Positions 24,713-32,109 of a DNA stretch of 40,670 nucleotides are shown one piece after another. The notes under the pieces are model-generated. The model did not search any database. It saw only the letters and a list, made by a program, of their open reading frames with translations, and was not told where the DNA came from. The translations under genes were made by a program, and so were the position numbers. The stretch is from IMG/VR virus record IMGVR_UViG_3300030521_000004, positions 1-40,670 of that record; one strand, written 5' to 3'. This DNA comes from a virus. Every line of letters begins with the position of its first letter. Position 1 is the first letter of the stretch.

Positions 24713-24915
24713 CCCTCCGCACCGCCGCGAACATCCAATGCCAGGGCTGCCGCGAAGACTGGCCGATCCACGAGCGCACGCCAGCGTTGCCCGGGGGTGC
24801 CGAGCTGTACCACAAGCCGACGTTCGAGCAGTCGCCGACGTGGGTTCCGTGGCCGATGGATTGCCAGGCTTGGCGGATTAGGAAGATGGAGATGAAGGAC
24901 AAGGACGATGAGTGA
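24709..24915 (+). CDS. hypothetical protein, 68 aa
   Basis: Trimmed to ATG 24709 (ATGA overlap). Confidence 0.55.
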   Translation: MTLRTAANIQCQGCREDWPIHERTPALPGGAELYHKPTFEQSPTWVPWPMDCQAWRIRKMEMKDKDDE

Positions 24916-25378
24916 CGAATTTGACGAGACGGCGACCACACACGTGGTAATCCGCACATCGCCAAAAGGCCCTGGCATGCCGTTCGTCGGACGCTGCGCA
25001 AGATGTGGACAGACCGGCTTAGCGGCAGATACTGCTCTTGAGCCATGCGACAACCCAAACGGCGCGACTGTTGGCGGGAATATCTTGCTTGCTATCGAAG
25101 GCGCAGAGCCGACCGCTCCCTACGTCCATCACTGGAGCGAAGACTTCGTTCGTGGGCCTCAGTCCAGTGACGAGTGGGAGTTCATCGCGCAGTTTCTCTG
25201 GCGCTTGCTCGATAACATCGACACGGCAAGCGACATGGCGAAGGACAACGACAAGGCCTATCGCGAGTTCGTTGAACAGGAGCAGCGCAAGCGATTCAAG
25301 GTCGGCAGTACGGATGGACATGTCGTCAAGTTCTCGGCTGAGGCGTTCAAGGATAAATCCTCCGGTCCCAAGCCATGA
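24908..25378 (+). CDS. hypothetical protein, 156 aa
   Basis: Track ORF. Confidence 0.65.
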   Translation: MSDEFDETATTHVVIRTSPKGPGMPFVGRCARCGQTGLAADTALEPCDNPNGATVGGNILLAIEGAEPTAPYVHHWSEDFVRGPQSSDEWEFIAQFLWRLLDNIDTASDMAKDNDKAYREFVEQEQRKRFKVGSTDGHVVKFSAEAFKDKSSGPKP

Positions 25379-25430
25379 CCCTCCGCATCCAACACCGCAA
25401 CGCCGACCCCGCATCCACAGGAGCAGCCGG

Positions 25431-25706
25431 ATGACGCAGAATCCGCGAGACACTCGCAGCGACATGCCGGATGAATATCGGGTCTCCGGCATCCTCCCGC
25501 GCGATCTTAGTAACGCCGTGTCTGATGCCATGCACGCGGCGCTCGAACGCGGGATGACCACTGATGAGGCATGCTGCATGGTTGCATCTGTAGCGGCCGA
25601 CTACTGGCGATCAGCTTTCGGTAACGGCTCCCTCAACAAGCTGGCGAAGATCATTATCGCGCGGTCCAAAGAACCGATGCCGGATGCCGAGGGAGCCACC
25701 GAATGA
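25431..25706 (+). CDS. hypothetical protein, 91 aa
   Basis: Distal part of track ORF 25038..25706, starting at ATG 25431 with AGGAGCAG RBS. Confidence 0.55.
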   Translation: MTQNPRDTRSDMPDEYRVSGILPRDLSNAVSDAMHAALERGMTTDEACCMVASVAADYWRSAFGNGSLNKLAKIIIARSKEPMPDAEGATE

Positions 25707-25734
25707 ACTCCCCCGGCACCGGAGGCACGGCAGC

Positions 25735-25986
25735 ATGAGCGAGACGGGATGGTGGCGGAAGATGGAGTTTAGACGCATCAAGTGGTACGGCGCTTGGGGC
25801 GCGGCGATGACTGTTCTTTTGTTCCTGCGCATGGCCATGGATCATTCCGGCTGGCTACTCGGACTAGACCTTTTCTTCGCCGTTTCGTGGGCCGGCATCT
25901 TCGCAAGGTTCGTCATGCTCAATACGGTCGAGATTGAGAAGCCGTGCAACTCCATTGTCGTCAACGGCGAGCAGGTTTGGCCATGA
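25735..25986 (+). CDS. membrane protein, 83 aa
   Basis: Trimmed to ATG 25735; two hydrophobic segments. Confidence 0.55.
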   Translation: MSETGWWRKMEFRRIKWYGAWGAAMTVLLFLRMAMDHSGWLLGLDLFFAVSWAGIFARFVMLNTVEIEKPCNSIVVNGEQVWP

Positions 25987-26040
25987 CCGTTTTAGTCGCC
26001 CTGCGCACCCTATCCCCGGCAGCGGGGCATGGAGGGGAGA

Positions 26041-26241
26041 ATGAGTGAGAAATATGCAAGCCCGTGGTTCCTGCAACAGCTAGACCGCCAGATTGAGGCC
26101 GACCGTGTCGCATGGGAGAAAGAGCGCAAGCAGACAAAGCGCTGCCTCACTATCGTGTGGTGGTGTTACGGCTTCTTGGTAGCCGCATATGTCGGCTTCT
26201 ATTTCATCTATATTCCAATTCATGAGGCCAGCCATGGTTAG
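26041..26241 (+). CDS. membrane protein, 66 aa
   Basis: Trimmed to ATG 26041 with GGAGGGGAG RBS; C-terminal TM segment. Confidence 0.55.
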   Translation: MSEKYASPWFLQQLDRQIEADRVAWEKERKQTKRCLTIVWWCYGFLVAAYVGFYFIYIPIHEASHG

Positions 26242-26443
26242 CCCAGCAAGCCAGCTATCCCAAACCGAACAGCGCACCGAGGGCGAAAAGTTCGCCTGGC
26301 AGGCCCACGCCATCTGCAAAGAGCTAGGCCGCATCGGCTACCCGCATGTGTTCGTCGCGGACTGGTACCGGCGATGGCTGGCGTTCGCGCCGGAGTCGGC
26401 GGCTGTTGCCGTCGAGTATCCGGAAGATCCGAATGTGCCATGA
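26234..26443 (+). CDS. hypothetical protein, 69 aa
   Basis: Trimmed to ATG 26234. Confidence 0.5.
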   Translation: MVSPASQLSQTEQRTEGEKFAWQAHAICKELGRIGYPHVFVADWYRRWLAFAPESAAVAVEYPEDPNVP

Positions 26444-26452
26444 GAGGATGAC

Positions 26453-26689
26453 ATGAAAGAACTATCGCCGCGAGAGGCACTGAAACAGTATCGGCTTACA
26501 TCTCCCGTTACTCAAAACGAGCAAGCTGAAATGTTCACACGCATGCCGGCCAGCGACCGCATGGAATTGCTGTTCTATATGGCGATACATCTGGTGAATG
26601 GGATGCAATATGTCCACGGATTAGTCGACCAAGTCAGTGCAAAAACAACAGACTGGCGGAAATTTGGCGAATCAACAGAAGAAAACTAG
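26453..26689 (+). CDS. hypothetical protein, 78 aa, in a lower-GC segment
   Basis: Track ORF; GAGAGGA RBS; last gene of the rightward operon. Confidence 0.55.
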   Translation: MKELSPREALKQYRLTSPVTQNEQAEMFTRMPASDRMELLFYMAIHLVNGMQYVHGLVDQVSAKTTDWRKFGESTEEN

Positions 26690-26859
26690 ACCAGCCTCGC
26701 CCACCGAATCCACCACGCCGCCATGTTCGCGACATACTGCCGCCAGCCGGGGCGGACGGTGCCGTCAGCAGCGAGCTTATGATGCAGGATGTTGCCGATC
26801 GGAAGGCCTTGCGCGCGAGCCTGGGCTACGAGGGCGTCGGCTTCGGTGGGGAGGCTCAT
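26686..26859 (-). CDS. hypothetical protein, 57 aa
   Basis: Hand translation gives MSLPTEADALVAQARAQGLPIGNILHHKLAADGTVRPGWRQYVANMAAWWIRWARLV. ATGA overlap upstream; GC-rich third codon positions. Confidence 0.5.
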   Translation of the reverse strand: MSLPTEADALVAQARAQGLPIGNILHHKLAADGTVRPGWRQYVANMAAWWIRWARLV

Positions 26860-27059
26860 ACCTGCTTGGCAGCATCCGCGTTGATGCGAGCCTGCACAGC
26901 GTCGACGAGCTGCGCCAACAGCGCGCGAGTCTCGTCACTCACGTCGGGCCGGTTCGGCACCGATAGCTGCTTCTGAGCGGCGAACAGGCCTTGGAGGAAC
27001 TGCTCTAGCTGAATGCCGGCGGGAATCAGGCCGACGATGATCGGGATGAGGGCGGCCAT
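26856..27059 (-). CDS. N-terminally anchored membrane protein, 67 aa
   Basis: Track ORF trimmed to ATG 27059 (AAGGAG RBS). Confidence 0.5.
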   Translation of the reverse strand: MAALIPIIVGLIPAGIQLEQFLQGLFAAQKQLSVPNRPDVSDETRALLAQLVDAVQARINADAAKQV

Positions 27060-27072
27060 TATGTTAGACTCC

Positions 27073-27330
27073 TTAAAGATTGTTGCCGGATGCCAGTCTC
27101 GTGCTGCCCGTGGCGCTCCGCTCTGGATAAGTACCCACTCTGGCAGCTTCAAATCCAGGCATCACGGCGACGGGTTCACCCTTGATAGCTTCGTCGCCGA
27201 TAGAGCGGATTCCAGCATCCGGCAATCTAATGGACCCGACCGCCACGGCGCCGTCCTTGATAGCTGGCGCGTTCTCGGTCAACCATATATCAATGTTGTC
27301 AGCGCGCTGGCGGAATATTTCATCGCTCAC
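27073..27330 (-). CDS. hypothetical protein, 85 aa
   Basis: GTG 27330 overlaps the upstream TGA as GTGA. Codon signal only moderate. Confidence 0.45.
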   Translation of the reverse strand: MSDEIFRQRADNIDIWLTENAPAIKDGAVAVGSIRLPDAGIRSIGDEAIKGEPVAVMPGFEAARVGTYPERSATGSTRLASGNNL

Positions 27331-27749
27331 TGCGCCGCAATCCCAAACGCGCTCAACAGTCCCGACGAAGACCCAACCGCCGACTGTGCCGCGCCGATCA
27401 GTAGCGCCGCCGCCGAAGGATCACAGTGCACACCAGCCGCCAGATTAGGCGCATCACCCACAATGCCGGTCGTCTGATCACGGAAGCACTTCCCGGCCTC
27501 TGCATCGGCCGCATGAATCGCGTTTGTAGCAGCCTGTGTCGAGGCTGCGATCTTGGCCGGCACACCCGCCGGAAGCTTGCCGGTGTTGATCGCGGCGTCT
27601 GCGGCGGTCAGGACGGCGCCGTATGCGGTCATGACGGTCTGCATCTGCTCGCGTGGGCTATAGGCCGTGTTGCCCGTGGTGCCGACTGGGGCGGCGCTAC
27701 AGGCCGCGAGAAGCAGGATGACGGCCGCGAGCGGCCAGGCTGTGCGCAT
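27327..27749 (-). CDS. lipoprotein, 140 aa (signal peptide plus lipobox LLAAC)
   Basis: Trimmed to ATG 27749 with GAGGAA RBS. N-terminus MRTAWPLAAVILLLAACSAAP. Confidence 0.65.
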   Translation of the reverse strand: MRTAWPLAAVILLLAACSAAPVGTTGNTAYSPREQMQTVMTAYGAVLTAADAAINTGKLPAGVPAKIAASTQAATNAIHAADAEAGKCFRDQTTGIVGDAPNLAAGVHCDPSAAALLIGAAQSAVGSSSGLLSAFGIAAQ

Positions 27750-27759
27750 ATCAGATTCC

Positions 27760-27954
27760 TCATTTTTGAATTGGCCCAATGATGAAGCCTTCGGCGTAGA
27801 GCCATGCTAGCAAATGATCGGCTTGGGATAACGTTGGGTCTCCGATCTTCTGCATCTGCGCCTCAAAGAACGGCCCTTCGAAATACCGGTATATAGCCTC
27901 ACGCGCGCTGTTGCCTGGATTCCCCGTGCGCTTGATCTGGACGACTTCGCCCAT
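27760..27954 (-). CDS. hypothetical protein, 64 aa
   Basis: Track ORF 27760..28140 trimmed to ATG 27954; the upstream part of that ORF is out of frame over the holin-like gene. Confidence 0.5.
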   Translation of the reverse strand: MGEVVQIKRTGNPGNSAREAIYRYFEGPFFEAQMQKIGDPTLSQADHLLAWLYAEGFIIGPIQK

Positions 27955-28124
27955 CACTTCGCCGAGGTCGCGATACCGTGCCGCAGGGTCGAAAGGCCGA
28001 GAGCAGTGATGATGGCCTGGAGCGCCTGGCTCGGGTCGAGCGCGCCGGTCTCGTAGCCGTAAGCCGCTGCCGCGACACCGAGAGCCGCTACGATGTAGGT
28101 TTTGAAACCGTTGAGCGCTGCCAT
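27954..28124 (-). CDS. two-TM small membrane protein, holin candidate, 56 aa
   Basis: Hand translation gives MAALNGFKTYIVAALGVAAAAYGYETGALDPSQALQAIITALGLSTLRHGIATSAK; TGATG overlaps on both sides. Confidence 0.5.
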   Translation of the reverse strand: MAALNGFKTYIVAALGVAAAAYGYETGALDPSQALQAIITALGLSTLRHGIATSAK

Positions 28125-28315
28125 CACACCGCCTCCACATAGGTATCAGGGCCGTCGCCGGGATTGGCCGCTATCGGAGCACCGACGCCCCAACCGCGAT
28201 CCAGGGGCACCACAAGCGGGGTGGAGGCCCCTTCGCCGGTATCGGCCGAGGGCGAGAGCAGAATGCCGTCGATCACGCTGCCGTCCTGGAGGGTGAGCTG
28301 TACGAAACGGGCCAT
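28124..28315 (-). CDS. hypothetical protein, 63 aa; first gene of the cassette
   Basis: Trimmed to ATG 28315 with AGGAG RBS 5 nt upstream. Confidence 0.5.
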   Translation of the reverse strand: MARFVQLTLQDGSVIDGILLSPSADTGEGASTPLVVPLDRGWGVGAPIAANPGDGPDTYVEAV

Positions 28316-28334
28316 GAGGGCTCCTGTGAAAGGT

Positions 28335-28437
28335 TGCTGCGAGACGTATGAGACTAGCACCATCTTGACGGCCGCATTGCGCAGCGGTGAGATTTGCCCT
28401 AGCTACTTGGCCTCACGGTGACAAGCGTCTCGCAGCA
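28335..28437. promoter_or_regulatory. divergent control region with a 12-bp perfect inverted repeat and a 9-bp direct repeat
   Basis: TGCTGCGAGACG (28335-28346) is the reverse complement of CGTCTCGCAGCA (28426-28437). GAGATTTGC occurs at 28389 and 28461. Confidence 0.5.
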
Positions 28438-28501
28438 TTGTAATCCTAACTTAATCGCTAGAGATTTGCAACTATCGGCCTCTGTGCTACCTTACCCAGC
28501 G

Positions 28502-28786
28502 ATGACCCGCATAGACCCCCTCCTATGGCTGCGCGATCCCCGCACGGCCGAGATACTGCGAAAGGTTAACGCCGTGACCGTAGCCACTGACAATCTCTCC
28601 GCCGCCGTTGACGCCCTTGAGGGTGAAGTAAAGATCGTCGGCCAGACCATCCTTGATGAACTGGCCAAGATCAACGCCGCATCGACCGACCCCGTCGTTC
28701 AGGCCGCTGCCGACCGCATTACGGCCGCTGTGGCCACGCTGGCGGCTTCTGTCGCCGCGACGACTGGGCCGACTCCAGCGGCCTAG
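28502..28786 (+). CDS. Ala-rich coiled-coil-like hypothetical protein, 94 aa
   Basis: Track ORF (GTG 28418) trimmed to ATG 28502. Confidence 0.5.
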   Translation: MTRIDPLLWLRDPRTAEILRKVNAVTVATDNLSAAVDALEGEVKIVGQTILDELAKINAASTDPVVQAAADRITAAVATLAASVAATTGPTPAA

Positions 28787-29040
28787 GGAAACAGATCCCG
28801 CTTAATAAAGAACGTCAGCGCGCCGAGCATAGTCACCACCGCCAGGGCCGCGACCCATCGTACGATAGACAGCAGGAGGTCGAGCTTTTCGCCGATCTCT
28901 TTGTGACGTTCGGTGCATAGCATCAGGTGGCCATCGAAGTCTGAGAACAATTTCTGTACCCGTTGCCCCAATTCATGGCGGTCGCGACGTAGTTTACTAA
29001 TTTCTTCCCAGATCCTGTTTTCTTCGGTAAGCATGGTCAA
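28783..29040 (-). CDS. C-terminally anchored coiled-coil membrane protein, 85 aa, lower GC
   Basis: Track ORF (TTG 29040; alternative ATG 29034); last gene of the late block. Confidence 0.55.
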   Translation of the reverse strand: MTMLTEENRIWEEISKLRRDRHELGQRVQKLFSDFDGHLMLCTERHKEIGEKLDLLLSIVRWVAALAVVTMLGALTFFIKRDLFP

Positions 29041-29043
29041 TCG

Positions 29044-31761
29044 TTATTCGGCACCGGCCGCTTGCGCGAGATATTGAGCGACGGCCGCCTGCACCAATAG
29101 GAAGTCGGCCTGCTCACCCGGCGAGCCACCGCCCCACGAGAAGAAGTCATAGGCTCCGGTCGTAAAGCCACCTCCAGCAATCCCGCTCGTGTCGTGGCCA
29201 GCCTTGAACGCGCCCGTGACAATGGTCGCGGATGTGTCCGTGTTGCTGGCGACGGTGCTATTCACGATCTGCTTGAAGCTTCCGGCAACGATGCGATTGA
29301 CACCGTACCAAGCACGGCTATCGGCGTTCGCTGTCGTGAACGAGCCGCCTGAGTTGAGGCCGGTGGCGAAGTTACCGGACGAGCGAGCCTTTATGACCGA
29401 TTTGCGCGACGTGACATCCTCACCGAAATCGAGAATGTTCTCATCGACATTTGAGCCGGTTTTATGCAGGAACAGGTGCGCGCTGTTCTGCACAAAATGC
29501 GGCGTCGTGGCCGTGAACGGATTGAAGTTGAAATCTATCCATGCGTCCGAGCCGTTGCCTGTCCAGGGGTTCTTTGCCGACCATGTGGCCGAGCCGTTCC
29601 ATGTCGCGTGGTAGAGGTTCTGCCGCAGGTTACGCTTGGCGACACCGATCACATAGGAGACCGTTGTCTGCACGCCGTCTACCTGTGCCCAATAGCCGCC
29701 AGCGTTGATCGCCTTCAGGCCGCGGAATAAGTTGTCATAGGCCGAGCGCCAGCGCCGGCCGGTAGTAGACGGCGTGGCCAAGCCTGCACCCGTGAGTGCC
29801 GTCTCGAACGTCGTCATGTCCGCGTCGAGTACCGTGGCGTTGACGTAGATCGTGACGGTGAGCGTGGTCTTCACGAGCCCACTCGGATCGTAAGCCGTGA
29901 TCGTGCAGGAATGCGAGGTCTTGACGCTGGCGTTTAATGTGGCCGCGAGTTTCAGCGTGACGCCATCCGCATCGAGCACAAACTTACCATCCGGATCAGA
30001 GGCGACTCGGAACAGCATAGTACCGGTCATGTCTGTGCCCGAGCCGGAGAGTGTGGCAAGGGTAGTGCCGATGGCAGATGCTTCGTCGGTAACACCGGCT
30101 TCGACTCCTACGGCGAAGGTCGGTGACGCGGTCAGCGCACTCGGCAGCGGTGGGTCCCAAGTGATGAATGTATCGGAGAACGGATTGACCGTAGCAAGCG
30201 TCGTCGTGTCAGGATCAACAACAATATCCCAGTCGGTGGCCGAAATGCGCCACGGGTTGCAGGCGATGTGTGCGTCCAAGCCACGATTGTTGAAGAATAT
30301 ATTAGCGTGATTCCCGGTGCTTCCGCGGATTACCGGCCGTATAAGCGTCGTGACAGCATCAAGCGCGATGTTGGACTCGACCCCGCCGTTCGCGGCTTGC
30401 TCGAAATGACACGGTCCACCGTTGCCTTGGCGGTTGCGCGGATCGATAGATTGGCAGTCGGTCATGATTTGCAGGATGTTCCAGCGCTTATAGTTGGCGC
30501 GGCTGTCCTGACTGATGCACCCGACAAATGTGACCGTGGCGGCGTTAGCTAGCTTGTTGTCAAAACCAGCGTCGGTATGCCCCTGGCTCGTGACACGCGT
30601 ATAGACATGGTCACCGTTCCTCCGTTCAGTAGAGCTGCCATCGGCGTTCGCGAAAGAACTGGGGGCGACGCTCTGATAGGAGTTTTTAAGGATGCCATCC
30701 GTCCAATTGATATTGAACGCGGTCTGCGAAGTCTCATTCGCGTCTGCGAAGTTGTCACCATCTTGGCGATGGCTATCAAAGAAGAAATCATGAGTGTTCC
30801 AATCATGGCTGACACCGCGGATGCGGACAGCCTGCTTTGAATAGCCGTCGATATTTGGGTTGCTGATCTCGACGTTGCCAACTGTAATGTCGATATCATG
30901 CTCGACGAACCGCTGGCAGTTGAACACGGTGATGCTATCGAGGAGATAGCCGTGAACCGACCCAGTAAACTGGACAAAGGCCCCGACCCGGGTCAGCGAT
31001 AGGTTCTGGAACTTCAGATTGTTCGCGCCGAACGCTAATTTCCATAGCGTGGACCCCGCAGCCTTGCCTTTTACGCTGGTCGGCGTCTCGGGGTCGATCG
31101 GCGCCACGAACAGAAAACGTGCTCCGGTTATAACCGGCGTGCCTGGGCTAAGATCGGCGTTGGCGCCCTTGATCGTGACCGGATGTCCCGGCCCGCCACC
31201 ATGCGAGATTGTTGCCCCACCGCCTGCTGTGTAGCCACCCTGGTCCGCTGCAATCAGGACTTGTCCATCCGGACCCGCCAGTTGGATCATGCCGTCAAGG
31301 GAACTCATCGCTGCTTGATTGGCCCAAGTGCTGCCGTTCTTCAAGCCGAGCGCAATAGGTCCGATGTAGCGCGTGCCGGCAGTAAGAACGAGTGGTCTGA
31401 CTCGGACGGCCCAGAGTTTATTGGTGGCGATGCCGGTGATCGTGGAGACGGCATCCACCGAGACAACGTAGATGTTGTCGCGATCGGCATCGACCGGCGA
31501 GGCGGAGACCTTGGCCTCGAGGCGCAGCACATTCCGGACGCACGAGAAGAAGTCCTTGTCCGGCCCGCCGACAATCGAATACTGCACGTCATAAAGCGCA
31601 TCGTTGGTGTCGCTGTATCCGCCGAGTTGGAGCTCGAAATAATCGCCCTCATAGATGTCGAAGGGCTGCGGGAGATTGATGACGGGGTTAGACGGCAACA
31701 CCACTACCCCAGTTAGGCCGGTAGTCAGCGAATACGAAAAAACCGGCGGGCTGATGGCCAC
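29044..31761 (-). CDS. tailspike with central right-handed beta-helix (depolymerase-like) and cadherin-like flanking repeats, 905 aa
   Basis: GTG start 3 nt after the upstream TAA. Repetitive beta-helix-type segment NLKFQNLSLTRVG...ITVFNC...ITVGNVEISNPNIDG. Confidence 0.65.
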   Translation of the reverse strand: MAISPPVFSYSLTTGLTGVVVLPSNPVINLPQPFDIYEGDYFELQLGGYSDTNDALYDVQYSIVGGPDKDFFSCVRNVLRLEAKVSASPVDADRDNIYVVSVDAVSTITGIATNKLWAVRVRPLVLTAGTRYIGPIALGLKNGSTWANQAAMSSLDGMIQLAGPDGQVLIAADQGGYTAGGGATISHGGGPGHPVTIKGANADLSPGTPVITGARFLFVAPIDPETPTSVKGKAAGSTLWKLAFGANNLKFQNLSLTRVGAFVQFTGSVHGYLLDSITVFNCQRFVEHDIDITVGNVEISNPNIDGYSKQAVRIRGVSHDWNTHDFFFDSHRQDGDNFADANETSQTAFNINWTDGILKNSYQSVAPSSFANADGSSTERRNGDHVYTRVTSQGHTDAGFDNKLANAATVTFVGCISQDSRANYKRWNILQIMTDCQSIDPRNRQGNGGPCHFEQAANGGVESNIALDAVTTLIRPVIRGSTGNHANIFFNNRGLDAHIACNPWRISATDWDIVVDPDTTTLATVNPFSDTFITWDPPLPSALTASPTFAVGVEAGVTDEASAIGTTLATLSGSGTDMTGTMLFRVASDPDGKFVLDADGVTLKLAATLNASVKTSHSCTITAYDPSGLVKTTLTVTIYVNATVLDADMTTFETALTGAGLATPSTTGRRWRSAYDNLFRGLKAINAGGYWAQVDGVQTTVSYVIGVAKRNLRQNLYHATWNGSATWSAKNPWTGNGSDAWIDFNFNPFTATTPHFVQNSAHLFLHKTGSNVDENILDFGEDVTSRKSVIKARSSGNFATGLNSGGSFTTANADSRAWYGVNRIVAGSFKQIVNSTVASNTDTSATIVTGAFKAGHDTSGIAGGGFTTGAYDFFSWGGGSPGEQADFLLVQAAVAQYLAQAAGAE

Positions 31762-31764
31762 GAC

Positions 31765-32109
31765 TTAGTCCGGTATCGCATTGACATCGGCAAAGACTGG
31801 AGCGGATGGCGTGCCATTGATGCCAGCCCTGACTTGCGCTCCAGGTTCTAGTCTGAACCCGCCCATGAGCGCGACGGCACCGCTTCCGGTGAACGTGGTG
31901 GTCGTTACCCCGCTCGGGTCTACCGGGACCCCAGTCACGCCATCCGGCCCCTTAACTTCAAGCCGCACGACGGCATTGTTAAGGTTGGCGCAGCAGACGG
32001 TGAATCGTCCGTCCAGCGAAAGCCATGGGAACCAGTCGCCAGTGACGAGCGCACCTTCGGTGCTAACGCCTAGTAGTCGGATGAATGGGGTGAGAGTTGT
32101 GTGCGCCAT
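31765..32109 (-). CDS. small beta-rich virion protein, 114 aa
   Basis: Track ORF; TAATG overlap upstream. Confidence 0.55.
   Translation of the reverse strand: MAHTTLTPFIRLLGVSTEGALVTGDWFPWLSLDGRFTVCCANLNNAVVRLEVKGPDGVTGVPVDPSGVTTTTFTGSGAVALMGGFRLEPGAQVRAGINGTPSAPVFADVNAIPD

Noticed and set aside
28365-28393. Plus-strand promoter TTGACG-N17-TGAGAT for the 28502 gene
   Set aside because: The -35 box is good, but the -10 matches consensus at only 3 of 6 positions. It is mentioned in the findings but not annotated as a feature.
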